DNA from: an uncultured Acidobacteriota bacterium
Lineage (GTDB): Bacteria; Acidobacteriota; UBA6911
DNA length: 64,000 nucleotides
NCBI GenBank assembly: GCA_963809485.1
Contig: CAWEJX010000015.1
Location: 128,001 to 192,000, forward strand
Direction: 5' to 3'
In this document: one piece after another, positions 32,770 through 42,610 of the stretch
Layout: each line of letters begins with the position of its first letter
Numbering within the stretch: the first letter of the stretch is position 1
Made by a program: the position numbers and the translations under genes
The notes under the pieces: model-generated
What the model was told of the DNA's origin: nothing
Seen by the model: only the letters and a program-made list of their open reading frames with translations
Databases searched by the model: none

Positions 32770-34860
32770 ATGCCGGAGACCGATTACGAAGAGACATTCC
32801 ATCAACCTCAAACCAAAATTCCCCGTGGCAGGCAGCAGCATAAAATTTCAACGTGGATATTGCTGATTGCCGCGATAACACTTTTAGCCCTGGCCATGCC
32901 CGCCCTGCTGGGCCGCGTGTACACAGCCGACGACCTGGGAGAATTCCATCTGCCAATCCGGGACTTCTACGCTCGACAACTGGCCGCAGGCGCACCCTTC
33001 GAGTGGATGCCGGACCTTTATGGCGGATTTTACATTGCAGCCGAAGGCCAGTTAGGGGCCTATCATCCGTTCCACTGGATCCTGTATCGTGCCCTGCCGC
33101 TTCCGATGGCATTTAACCTGGAATTATTGGCCAGCTATCCGATCCTGTTCTGGGGGACCTGGTTGCTGTTGCGCCGTTTAACAGGCAGTAATCCGGCAGG
33201 CCTTTATGGGGCACTCGTTTTCACCTTCGGCAGTTTCATGCTGCTTCACTTCATACACACCAATGCCATCGCGGTCATTGCGCATCTGCCCTGGCTTTTG
33301 CTGATGTTGGATATCGCTCTGGGAACCGAGGTACGCTGGAGACAGGCGACAGCCGAAATGGCTCTTGGCTTATTGGTTGCCTCGCAGTTGCTTCTAGGTT
33401 ATCCCCAGTGCGTATGGTTTACGGCATTGGCCGCGGCCGGCTTGATGGTCTGGCGCTATTCACAGATCAACAAGCCGCTGCATCGCATTGCATCCATATT
33501 GGCAGCCGCTTGCCTTGGCATCGCAACAGGGGCTATCCAATGGCTGGCCACGCTGCAGCTGCTCAACAATTCCACCCGCCAAACAGTCGATGAAGCCTTT
33601 ATCAACACAGGGTCATTGCATCCTCTGAATCTGGTGCAGCTGGTAGCGCCTTACCTTTTTAAGGCGCGGGTCGCAGGGCAAAACACGCATGAATTGGGCA
33701 TATATATGGGCGCCGTACCGCTGGTTCTTTGCATATGGCTGCTGGCCCATCGAAAGCTGTGGGCAGAAAAGCGGAAACTTATTAGAGCCCTGCTCGTTTT
33801 CGGAGCCTTTTCTCTGCTGCTGGCGGCCGGCGAATATGGGGGGTTATACCGCCTGCAGTCATTCATTCCGGTAATTGACCGCTTTCGGTTTCCCTGCCGG
33901 GCTATCGTTCTCGTTCAATTTTGTGCTGCCGGCTGCGCGGGCCTGGCGTTTGCCCTTCTCATGGAACATCCGGGAGTTTTCCAATCGAGCAGGCGATCCC
34001 GCGCCCTGCCGCTTGTGCTCGTCGTTTCCATTGCGTTAGCCCTCATCGGGCCCATCATTCTTCCGAATTATGTTTCAAGACCGCTCTTGGTATGGCTGGG
34101 TCCTGCTCTAATAGCCTCGGCGATTATTCTGGTTTCCCGGGCGGCTCGAGGTTCGCAAGCCGCCTTGTGGGGCCTCGTGCTATTTACGGCCGTGGATCTA
34201 GCCACCTACGGATTAAGCTATTCGGTTTGGCACAAGACCTCCAAACTTGCCGGTTACGTCGCGGCAGCGCCGCGGCCGCCAACAGGCATTAAGGCAAGGG
34301 TCGTCGCGCCCTCAGGAAAGGCCGGGCAGAGCATCGGCAATCATATGTTGTTGGCCGGCTTGACCCGAGTTGACGGCTATGCCGGCCTGCAGCCCACCCG
34401 GCAGCTCGACTATTCTCAAGAGTCTACATGGCGACTGGCCGGGGTCCAGTGGGCCTATCTGCCCGATGGCAAAACCGGCCGGCACAAATGGCATGAAATT
34501 TCTCCGTCAGCTCCGAGAGCACAGTTGCTCGATTCCGACGATGCGGACACTGTTGTCCTCCGCGACTCTCCAGGAAATATTGAAATCGCTGTGCGCACCG
34601 GCACTCAGGCTATGCTGGCCACTACCGAATGCTACGATCCGGGCTGGCATGTTACGGTCGATGGGAGGGACGGAGAAGTTTCACGCGTTGAGAACGATTT
34701 TCTGGGCTGCGCGGTTGCAGCCGGAAGGCACATCGTACAATTCAAATTCCGGCCGCGATGCCGGGAATCCGGGAGCCTTATCTCTTCCGTCAGCCTCGGA
34801 TTGCTGGCTTTGTTTTTTGGCTTGCGATTAAATGCCTTAAAGCGCCAGATGCCGGATTAA
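32770..34860 (+). CDS. YfhO-family GT-C membrane protein
   Basis: DDLGEFHLP..W.P.LYGGF..AEGQ.G.YHP, GYPQ, FRFPCR; C-terminal YDPGW.VTVDG..V.AG.H.V.F.F.P YfhO signature. Confidence 0.85.
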   Translation: MPETDYEETFHQPQTKIPRGRQQHKISTWILLIAAITLLALAMPALLGRVYTADDLGEFHLPIRDFYARQLAAGAPFEWMPDLYGGFYIAAEGQLGAYHPFHWILYRALPLPMAFNLELLASYPILFWGTWLLLRRLTGSNPAGLYGALVFTFGSFMLLHFIHTNAIAVIAHLPWLLLMLDIALGTEVRWRQATAEMALGLLVASQLLLGYPQCVWFTALAAAGLMVWRYSQINKPLHRIASILAAACLGIATGAIQWLATLQLLNNSTRQTVDEAFINTGSLHPLNLVQLVAPYLFKARVAGQNTHELGIYMGAVPLVLCIWLLAHRKLWAEKRKLIRALLVFGAFSLLLAAGEYGGLYRLQSFIPVIDRFRFPCRAIVLVQFCAAGCAGLAFALLMEHPGVFQSSRRSRALPLVLVVSIALALIGPIILPNYVSRPLLVWLGPALIASAIILVSRAARGSQAALWGLVLFTAVDLATYGLSYSVWHKTSKLAGYVAAAPRPPTGIKARVVAPSGKAGQSIGNHMLLAGLTRVDGYAGLQPTRQLDYSQESTWRLAGVQWAYLPDGKTGRHKWHEISPSAPRAQLLDSDDADTVVLRDSPGNIEIAVRTGTQAMLATTECYDPGWHVTVDGRDGEVSRVENDFLGCAVAAGRHIVQFKFRPRCRESGSLISSVSLGLLALFFGLRLNALKRQMPD

Positions 34861-34964
34861 CCGGCCACCTGCGATCCGATGGTTGAAGGGACATGCCAGG
34901 ATTGGCAGGCGCGGCAAGAATTCTGTGTGATACACAGACTATGCGCATCCAGTCTATCAAATCA

Positions 34965-36533
34965 TCATGGTTCGGATCCCTTTTCGAAAAGAATGGAAAG
35001 GCTGTCCTCATAACATGGCAGCCAGCGGCCTGAGCTCCGCGCGGCTTCAATGAGCCTTTTTGAATCCTGATCGTTTTTGTCTTTGGGCAACAAAAGGTAT
35101 CGAATTCCGTATTTTTGCAGAAGCTTTTCCCACGCGGAATCCTGAAAAATCCTAAAATATGACTTCACAAATGCTTCATCGAAAAGATGCACCCTGCCGT
35201 CAAAAAAGGAGCGCTGCCTGGGCCAGAGCCTCCAGATAAGATAATCCCCATACACCTGAGGATGAAAAATATTACCCTGCAAATTATTCCGATCAATAAA
35301 ATCCATGGCTTTGATCGGCGTGGCGGCTTCCTGAAGCGTGTCCTTACGCAACCATATGCGCATCCAGGGAGACTGTAAAACCAAAACAAGAACCATCGCA
35401 ATCAGAATGCCCCTATTTAAAAATGGCACCTCTCCTTTCTTGCGTACTTCCCGAGTGCGGTGCGCTGCTGTGCTAATGAATCTATCCAGATGCACAACAG
35501 ACCAGTCGATTTTTGTCAAATAACCGGCAATCATAGGCGCCGACACAATCTGGAACCAGACGCAGTTGCGCAGCGAAGCCATGGCGTAAGCGCCGAACGC
35601 CAGGTAAATCGCGATTTCAGCAAAAGCCGGCCTCCGGCTTGAACTGATAAGCAAAAAGGTCAGAAGGAAAAAGGGGAGGTAGAACATAATGAAACCATCG
35701 CTTGAATTCACTGCGGGAGGCTGCCATTCGCTGACGTATTTTTGAACAGAAGAGGCATTTAGGATTGTCCGGACATAATCATATACGCGGAAAAATTCCG
35801 GATTTGCCAGGGTAGCCATGAGGCAGAGAACGAAAACCAAGCCGAGCGTCTTTAATCGTCGAATGCCTGCCGCATCATGGTTTCTTCCGGCCAAAACCTC
35901 TATCGATTCGCAGGCCAGGAAAATGAGGATCAGAACCAGGCCTATTATGAAAGCTCCATGAAGGTTCACCCACAAAATCATCAAAAATGGCAGGGCATAT
36001 ATTGCGCCGTTCGGTCTCGATCGATGGGACCAAAGAATCCAATAGAAAAATGAGAAAAGCAGACTGGAGAATACCTGGGGCCGAAGATTCCATGGGAAGC
36101 AAAAACCGACAAGTAGAAGAGAGACGACCGACGGCCATACCAGCTCCGTCGCTTTTCTGCAAAGGAAGGCCAGCGGCAGCAGGATCAGAAAAAGCAATAC
36201 ACCATTGCAAAAACCCACCAGCGCAAAGCCGCCCACCTTATAGATCCAATAAAACAGAACGTCGGCAAGCCAGCTCTGATCGACAAATGCTTCGCCGGCC
36301 GCGGTGAAAGAGAAAATATCGGTTCGCGGGATGGAACGAGTTTCGAATATGACCTGGCCCAATTTGAGATGCCAATAAAAATCCAACAGGCCGAGCGGAG
36401 CAAGAAACCCTCTCACGGCGGCGAAAAAGAGGGGAATGGCAAACCAAAGATGCCGCAGGGTCGGTGCGGGCCAATGCAGTTTTTGAATAAGGCCATTGCT
36501 CGGTACGCTTGATTTACTCATCGTCGCTTCCAT
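34965..36533 (-). CDS. GT-C-like membrane protein, paralog of 27154..28638
   Basis: LDFYWHLKLGQVI..IP..DIFSFT, RPQ, LWVNLHGAF, VSEW, GDYLIW..FFDGRVHLF. Confidence 0.78.
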   Translation of the reverse strand: MEATMSKSSVPSNGLIQKLHWPAPTLRHLWFAIPLFFAAVRGFLAPLGLLDFYWHLKLGQVIFETRSIPRTDIFSFTAAGEAFVDQSWLADVLFYWIYKVGGFALVGFCNGVLLFLILLPLAFLCRKATELVWPSVVSLLLVGFCFPWNLRPQVFSSLLFSFFYWILWSHRSRPNGAIYALPFLMILWVNLHGAFIIGLVLILIFLACESIEVLAGRNHDAAGIRRLKTLGLVFVLCLMATLANPEFFRVYDYVRTILNASSVQKYVSEWQPPAVNSSDGFIMFYLPFFLLTFLLISSSRRPAFAEIAIYLAFGAYAMASLRNCVWFQIVSAPMIAGYLTKIDWSVVHLDRFISTAAHRTREVRKKGEVPFLNRGILIAMVLVLVLQSPWMRIWLRKDTLQEAATPIKAMDFIDRNNLQGNIFHPQVYGDYLIWRLWPRQRSFFDGRVHLFDEAFVKSYFRIFQDSAWEKLLQKYGIRYLLLPKDKNDQDSKRLIEAARSSGRWLPCYEDSLSILFEKGSEP

Positions 36534-36967
36534 AATTCTTACTCATCGAGCAATGGCTTCCCTTTATTATCATTTTGACCGTTACCATAGAAAAAACGTG
36601 AATGGATTTCAATATCCATCTTCGTTCGGCTTTAGAAATCTGCCGTTATCGGGGCTTACGCAGGAGCGGATCCGGACCGCAAGGCCGCAAATGCATCATC
36701 GTAATTAGGGATAAAGTAATGCAGATCACAAGTCGATGAGAGTTCTCAGCGGAGGGTGCCGTGGGCCGGGAATTGGCTGCAGGATATCCGGAAAAAAGGA
36801 GTCATTCAAAAAAGTGCTTTTTGCAATTGTTGACTTTTTGATGACAATTCGACTCCGGCCTATCCGGATAATTTAGCGGTAGGTCCAATTTGGGCGCGAT
36901 CCCCAACCCAAGGGAAGAAACAAATGCAGTCGACAATATTGGCAAAAGGAATTTTTAAAAAAGGAGA

Positions 36968-37180
36968 ATGCATAAAATGTTGAAACTTTACACCTGGTTC
37001 AAAACGACCGCCGACGATTTAAAGCAGAAGCTCAACCAAGAGGAAGGTCAGACGATCATCGAATATGCGCTGATTATCGTCCTGATTGTACTTGTTGCAT
37101 TGGCTACTGCCCCGACCATCGGCGCAGCAATAGCAAATGTCTTCTCGCGGGTGATTGCCAGCTTGACAACCGGAAGCTAG
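36968..37180 (+). CDS. flp: Flp/Fap (Tad) prepilin; start may be 36977
   Basis: EEG|QTIIEYALIIVLI Flp motif, AAGGAG RBS, 70 aa. Confidence 0.93.
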   Translation: MHKMLKLYTWFKTTADDLKQKLNQEEGQTIIEYALIIVLIVLVALATAPTIGAAIANVFSRVIASLTTGS

Positions 37181-37184
37181 TTGC

Positions 37185-37270
37185 TTGCGCCATGGAACCG
37201 GCGCAATGGATATTTTTAACCTGGCATTGCAGCCGGAATCGATGATTGGATATCGATTCCGACTGCAATG
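37185..37270 (+). terminator. Two stem-loops downstream of flp (terminator/attenuator or mRNA stabiliser)
   Basis: TTGCGCC/GGCGCAA (37185-37206) followed by TATTTTT; 19-bp stem CATTGCAGCCGGAATCGAT/ATCGATTCCGACTGCAATG (37225-37270) with one mismatch. Confidence 0.55.
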
Positions 37271-37439
37271 TAATTATCGCAGGCAGGTGAGATCCTTTTG
37301 ACATTGTCAGTAGTTGGTTAACACCTATTTCTGTTCAAACAAAAGGCCTACAATCCGCAATGTCCGCTTTTTGGAGCCATATCTTTATTAATGACAGCAA
37401 AGCGCCGCTAAAGTCAGCCAGGCGCGCGGGAGTAATAGC

Positions 37440-38414
37440 ATGAAAAAACGCATGCTGATCCTGGGTTTATTGGCACTGGTTCTCAGTGTTGGGATCACCT
37501 ATTTGGCATATCGCCTGCTGCAAACCCGCCTTCAGCCGGCACAGCTAACTACCCAAATCGTTGTCGCCGCCAAAAAACTCGGCCTCGGAGTCCGCCTCAC
37601 CAAGGAAGATGTAAAGCTTGCGGAATGGCCGAAATCAGCCCCGCTTGAAGGCAATTTCACGGATATCAATGGTGTTGTGGACCGTGCTTTGATGGTGCCC
37701 ACGCAGGTCAACGAGCCGATTCTGGATTCCAAGCTGGCACCCAAGGAAGCCGGCGCAGGACTGATGGCGCTGATACCCGAAGGGATGCGCGCGTTATCCA
37801 TCCAGGTGGACAGTGTCATTGGAGTGTCTGGATTTATCATGCCCGGCTCCCGGGTAGATTTGATCCTGACAGCTATTCCGCCAAAAGATGTCAAGGGCGC
37901 CAAGGGCGAAGAGCAGGCATCCAAGATTATTCTGGAGAACCTGGAGGTTCTTGCCGCCGGGCAGAATGTTCAGGGCAGCGCCGAGGGAAAACCTCAGACA
38001 GTACAGAACGTCACCCTTCTGGTGACGCCGGACCAGGCACAAAGGGTAGCACTCGCCTCACGCGATGGAAGAATTCAGCTTGCCTTGCGCAACCCGATCG
38101 ACAAGGAAGCTGCCGAGCCGCTGCTGGTGGTGCAAAGCACTCTTTACGCAGGCCCAACAATGGATGATCCCAAAAAGCCTAAGGAAGCCAAACCGGCTGT
38201 GGCTGAAAAGCAGGCAATAGCCAGAAAGGCTCCACCAAAAGTACAAACGGCACCTGCCCCAAAGCAGGTTGCGGCGCCTCCTCCCCCGCCCCCTCCTCAG
38301 CCGCGGATTCTTGCTATCGAGCTGATACAGGGTTCAAAACGGGCTACGCAGAATTTTGAGGAAACCAATCCTGAACAAACCGAAACGCCTACGCAGACAG
38401 GACAACAACAATGA
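37440..38414 (+). CDS. cpaB: Flp pilus assembly protein CpaB/RcpC
   Basis: IVVAAKKL..G, IPEGMRALSI.VD...GVSGFI.PG.RVD, VLAAGQ, VTLLVTP.QA, LALRN; Pro-rich tail. Confidence 0.93.
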   Translation: MKKRMLILGLLALVLSVGITYLAYRLLQTRLQPAQLTTQIVVAAKKLGLGVRLTKEDVKLAEWPKSAPLEGNFTDINGVVDRALMVPTQVNEPILDSKLAPKEAGAGLMALIPEGMRALSIQVDSVIGVSGFIMPGSRVDLILTAIPPKDVKGAKGEEQASKIILENLEVLAAGQNVQGSAEGKPQTVQNVTLLVTPDQAQRVALASRDGRIQLALRNPIDKEAAEPLLVVQSTLYAGPTMDDPKKPKEAKPAVAEKQAIARKAPPKVQTAPAPKQVAAPPPPPPPQPRILAIELIQGSKRATQNFEETNPEQTETPTQTGQQQ

Positions 38415-39838
38415 AGAGCAAAGCAGCTTTGGTTATGCAGATCCTGATGCTGTTTTTCCTATCGGTTGCGATTACGGCATCGAAGAGTGAAGCCGTTGGG
38501 GGATCTCCCGTTTCGCAGGATCAGGATCAACAGACGATGCTTTCATCCTCGAGCCCGCAGGAATTGCTGCGCGTTTTTGAAGGCAAATCCTTTGTGCTCA
38601 ATGCCGCCGAAACCTTCAAGCGGGTGTCGGTAACAAATGATCAGATTGCGACTGCCATGGTTGTGACACCTAATCAGGTTTTGATACATGGCAACAAGCC
38701 GGGAACCGTGTCTCTCCTGCTTTGGAACGAGCGCGAAGAGGTCCAGGCTTTTGATCTTCAGGTCCTGGCGGTTCCAATGAACCTGGAGCCGCTGCGCTCT
38801 ACCTTAAAAACGACCTGGCCGGATCAAGACATAGTGGCAAGCCAATCGGGATCTTCCGTCATGCTCACTGGAACCGTCTCAACCCCGGAAATTGCGGAAC
38901 AGGCCCTTGCAGTCGCCAAGACTGAGGCGGGAAATGTCGTGAGCCTGCTGACTATACCACCGATGAAACAGGTGGTTATGCTGGAAGTGAAATTCGCGGA
39001 AGTGCAGCGCAATGCGGTACGCCAGCTTGGAATGAATATCTTCAGTACAGGCGCCCTGAATACGCCCGGAGTTATCTCTACCCAGCAATTCAGCCCGCCA
39101 TCAGCCACTGATGTTTCATCGTCCATCGGAGGTCGACTTCTTGGATTCGGAACCGAATTCAACTTGACGGACCTGCTCAACATCTTTGTTTTCAGGCCCG
39201 ATCTGAATTTTGGGCTCATGATCAAGGCTCTGAAGCAAAAAAATCTGTTGGAAATGCTTGCAGAACCTAATCTTATGGCCTTGGGAGGCAAGGAAGCATC
39301 CTTCCTTGCCGGCGGCGAGTTTCCGGTGCCAATTATCCAGGGAACCACAGGCACCCCGACCGTCTCGGTTCAGTTCAAGGAATTCGGCGTAAGGCTCAAA
39401 TTCCTGGCCAACCCAAACCCCGATGGGACGATAAACTTGCATGTAGCGCCCGAGGTCAGCGCGCTTGATTATACCAATGCCGTTACACTCAGCGGCTTCT
39501 TGATTCCGGCTTTGCAGACTCGCAGAGCCGAAACCGACATCCAATTAAAGGACGGGCAGAGCTTCGCAATCGCCGGCCTTCTCGACAATCGTGTCATGAG
39601 GATTGACAGCAAAATTCCCTGGTTGGGAGACTTACCCATACTGGGAAATCTCTTCCGCAGCCAGAACTATCAGAAGTCCAATACGGAGCTGCTTGTCATG
39701 ATCACGCCCCGTGTTGTAAAGCCCCTGGATCCTGGGCAGAAGGCCCCGATGCCCTCCTTCCCCGAGCCTTTCCTGGATCAAAAGGAATTCGATGGAAAAA
39801 CGGGGCAGAGTACTGCATCGCCGAAATCAAACGGATAA
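38411..39838 (+). CDS. cpaC: Tad secretin CpaC/RcpA
   Basis: VMLEVKFAEV, LAEPNL..GKEASFLAGGEFPVP, FKEFGVRL, V.PEVS.LD, GQSFAIAGL, KIPWLGDLPILG.LFRS. Confidence 0.94.
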   Translation: MKSKAALVMQILMLFFLSVAITASKSEAVGGSPVSQDQDQQTMLSSSSPQELLRVFEGKSFVLNAAETFKRVSVTNDQIATAMVVTPNQVLIHGNKPGTVSLLLWNEREEVQAFDLQVLAVPMNLEPLRSTLKTTWPDQDIVASQSGSSVMLTGTVSTPEIAEQALAVAKTEAGNVVSLLTIPPMKQVVMLEVKFAEVQRNAVRQLGMNIFSTGALNTPGVISTQQFSPPSATDVSSSIGGRLLGFGTEFNLTDLLNIFVFRPDLNFGLMIKALKQKNLLEMLAEPNLMALGGKEASFLAGGEFPVPIIQGTTGTPTVSVQFKEFGVRLKFLANPNPDGTINLHVAPEVSALDYTNAVTLSGFLIPALQTRRAETDIQLKDGQSFAIAGLLDNRVMRIDSKIPWLGDLPILGNLFRSQNYQKSNTELLVMITPRVVKPLDPGQKAPMPSFPEPFLDQKEFDGKTGQSTASPKSNG

Positions 39839-39966
39839 CATTGGGGGAGAGTTTTGAAGCGATGGCCGTCCAGCTCATGTGTTCTTACTTTATTAATGAT
39901 GGCTCCAGGCATAAAATGTAAGCCTAGCGCTTTAACTCTTGATAGGTAGTAGCCAAGGAAAACAAA

Positions 39967-41139
39967 ATGACAACGCAAAAGCTTTCTGTCGGAATTCTGG
40001 CGCCTCTTGCAGATGTTCGAGATGCATTGTCCGCCCATGTGGAAGCCACGCAATTCGGCATCGTCAAAATCGTCTCAGACGAGTATTGTGCGGTTGAAGA
40101 CGACTATCCCACTCAACGATTTATTGAAGCTCGTCCGGACATAGTCCTGGTGGACATGCACGATCAGCGGGCAGCCATAAAGGCTCTTTTCACCCTGCAC
40201 GCTGTCCTTCCAGAGACCTGGCTTTACGCCTGCGGGGCCCCGAACGATCCCCAACTCATCATCGAAACCATGCAGGCCGGGGCTCGCGAATTCGTGCTTA
40301 AACCGGTATCGGCACGCAGCATCGCATTGGCTTTCGGAAGATACATAGACGAAAGAGACCGAATGCGAACCATCGCCAAAACCCGGGGCAGGATTTACAG
40401 TGTAACGTCCGCCAAGGGCGGAGCCGGCGCCACATCCGTGGCTATCAACATAGCTACCGTCCTGTCAGCAACCAAGGATACGCGGGTAGCGCTTCTTGAC
40501 CTGAACAGCCCCGTCGGCGACGCTGCCTCCTACCTGAATCTTAAGCCGCAATTTTGTTTCACCGATGCATTGGCATCCGCGACAAGATTGGATTCCGTAC
40601 TGCTTGAGACTTTTATGACCAAGTCGGGAAACTTGTCCATCCTGCCCGGTCCGAAACAAGCCAGGTCCAGCGCAATGTCCGGTTCCACAATGGCTAAGCT
40701 GCTTCGGGTAGTCGCCGGGTCCTATACGCACGTATTGCTGGATCTCCCGTCGTCGATGGATCAGGAGATTTTGCAGGTTGCGACCGATGCAAGCGAAGCA
40801 ATTTTGCTGGTTATGACGCCCGAACTGCCGGCTGTATGGCGAACTCACCGGCTTGTGACTATGTTGGCAAGTTCCGGGTGCGGGGATCGTCTGCGCCTTA
40901 TACTCAACCGGGACAACAGCCGGGATGAGATCACGGAAAAGGAGATCACACGAGCCCTCAACTACCCGATCTTTTTCCGGTTGCCGAACAATTACTCTGC
41001 AGCTATCCAGGCGATCAACAAGGGAAAACCTATCGTGGATGTCAATCATTCAAGCCTGGCTGCCAGCTATCGCAGACTCGCACAGGCACTCACCGGAGTC
41101 GCACCGGCTAATCCACGGCGCGGTTTCCGGTTTTTTTAG
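39967..41139 (+). CDS. cpaE: CpaE/TadZ (receiver-like plus MinD-like domain)
   Basis: MQAGAREF, SAKGGAGATS, ALLDL, LILNR, AINKG.P. Confidence 0.92.
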   Translation: MTTQKLSVGILAPLADVRDALSAHVEATQFGIVKIVSDEYCAVEDDYPTQRFIEARPDIVLVDMHDQRAAIKALFTLHAVLPETWLYACGAPNDPQLIIETMQAGAREFVLKPVSARSIALAFGRYIDERDRMRTIAKTRGRIYSVTSAKGGAGATSVAINIATVLSATKDTRVALLDLNSPVGDAASYLNLKPQFCFTDALASATRLDSVLLETFMTKSGNLSILPGPKQARSSAMSGSTMAKLLRVVAGSYTHVLLDLPSSMDQEILQVATDASEAILLVMTPELPAVWRTHRLVTMLASSGCGDRLRLILNRDNSRDEITEKEITRALNYPIFFRLPNNYSAAIQAINKGKPIVDVNHSSLAASYRRLAQALTGVAPANPRRGFRFF

Positions 41140-41150
41140 AGGTAACTTGA

Positions 41151-42440
41151 ATGCAAGATCAGGAATATCTGGACCTTAAAGCAAGCCTTCATTCCAAAGT
41201 CATTAACGAAATCGATCTCGAGAGCCTGAACAGGCTGCCCGAAAATACGGCCCGGGAACAATTAAGGAAGGTCATCCTGGATGTGCTCCAGAGGGAGAAA
41301 ACTCCCCTGACCATGACCGAACGAGAGCAGATTGTGGGCGAAATTCTCGACGAGGTCTTCGGCCTGGGTCCTATGCAGCAACTGCTGGCGGATCCGACTC
41401 TTTCGGATATCCTGGTTAATGGAGCCTATGACGTCTACGTCGAGCGCCGCGGAAAGCTTGAACGCGCCAACGTGCGTTTCAATGACAACGATCATTTAAT
41501 GAGAATCATCGACCGGATTGTCTCGCGCGTGGGCAGACGCATCGATGAATCCTCGCCCATGGTCGATGCGCGTCTGCGGGATGGATCGCGTGTTAATGTA
41601 ATCATTCCGCCCCTGTCCCTGGACGGACCTATACTATCTATCCGGCGGTTCGGCACCGATCCTCTGACAGCCTCCGACCTGCTTGATAACGAGACCCTGA
41701 CGCCGGAAATGCTGGAACTCCTGAAAGCGTCGGTTCAGGGCAAATTGAATGCAATAATTTCCGGTGGCACCGGCGCCGGGAAAACCACTTTGCTGAATGT
41801 CTTGTCAAGCTATATCCCCAGCAGCGAACGTATCATAACAATAGAGGACGCAGCCGAGCTCCAACTCAAACAGGATCACGTCGTGCGACTGGAAACCCGG
41901 CCGCCCAATATCGAGGGTAAAGGCGCGATCAAACAGCGGCAACTCGTAATCAATGCCCTCCGTATGCGGCCCGACCGAATCGTCGTCGGCGAGGTTCGCG
42001 GCGAGGAGGCCATTGACATGCTTCAGGCCATGAATACAGGCCATGAAGGCTCGCTCACTACTGTTCACGCAAATTCCCCCCGGGATGCCCTAAGCCGAGT
42101 CGAAACCATGGTTTCGATGGCCAACCTAAACCTCCCGGAAAAGGCTGCGCGTCAACAGCTGGCCTCTGCCATCCATATGATCGTTCAGGTCACGCGTATG
42201 ACGGATGGCACACGCAAGATCACCAATATCTCGGAAATCACTGGGATGGAAGGCCCGATGATTACGATGCAGGACCTTTTTGTTTTTGAGCGCCAGGGCT
42301 TTGAAGAAAACGGCCGCGTTCGAGGCAGATTCAAGCCCACCGGCATTCGGCCCAAGTTTACCGAAAAGCTATTTGCCGCGGGCATCCGGCTTCCCATGGA
42401 TATGTTTTCGGTGGAACCGACCCTGGCCCGAGCTCGCTAG
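41151..42440 (+). CDS. cpaF: CpaF/TadA pilus motor ATPase
   Basis: [48 protein letters not shown]. Confidence 0.97.
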   Translation: MQDQEYLDLKASLHSKVINEIDLESLNRLPENTAREQLRKVILDVLQREKTPLTMTEREQIVGEILDEVFGLGPMQQLLADPTLSDILVNGAYDVYVERRGKLERANVRFNDNDHLMRIIDRIVSRVGRRIDESSPMVDARLRDGSRVNVIIPPLSLDGPILSIRRFGTDPLTASDLLDNETLTPEMLELLKASVQGKLNAIISGGTGAGKTTLLNVLSSYIPSSERIITIEDAAELQLKQDHVVRLETRPPNIEGKGAIKQRQLVINALRMRPDRIVVGEVRGEEAIDMLQAMNTGHEGSLTTVHANSPRDALSRVETMVSMANLNLPEKAARQQLASAIHMIVQVTRMTDGTRKITNISEITGMEGPMITMQDLFVFERQGFEENGRVRGRFKPTGIRPKFTEKLFAAGIRLPMDMFSVEPTLARAR

Positions 42441-42610
42441 TACAATAGACTCAAAGGCGAAAGCTTCGGGATTCAAGTTCGAGCTCTTTCCTGAAGCTGT
42501 GGTTTTTGCATTTAGGACGGAAGTCAGAAAATGGCAGGATGTCACATATTGGGACAACAAGATATGGGTTTTAGAGCCGACGCACTCAAAACATCCGGGC
42601 AGGTTTGCAT

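Noticed and set aside
22682-36533. Integron cassette array as the origin of the GT-C run
   Set aside because: Mixed orientations, no integrase, and no repeated attC-like sites seen.
36540-36967. c-di-GMP riboswitch or sigma54 promoter upstream of flp
   Set aside because: No GEMM consensus elements and no good GG-N10-GC match found by eye.
37344-37360. GG-N10-GC upstream of cpaB
   Set aside because: AGGCCTACAATCCGCA lacks the GGCAC and TTGC context; probably chance.
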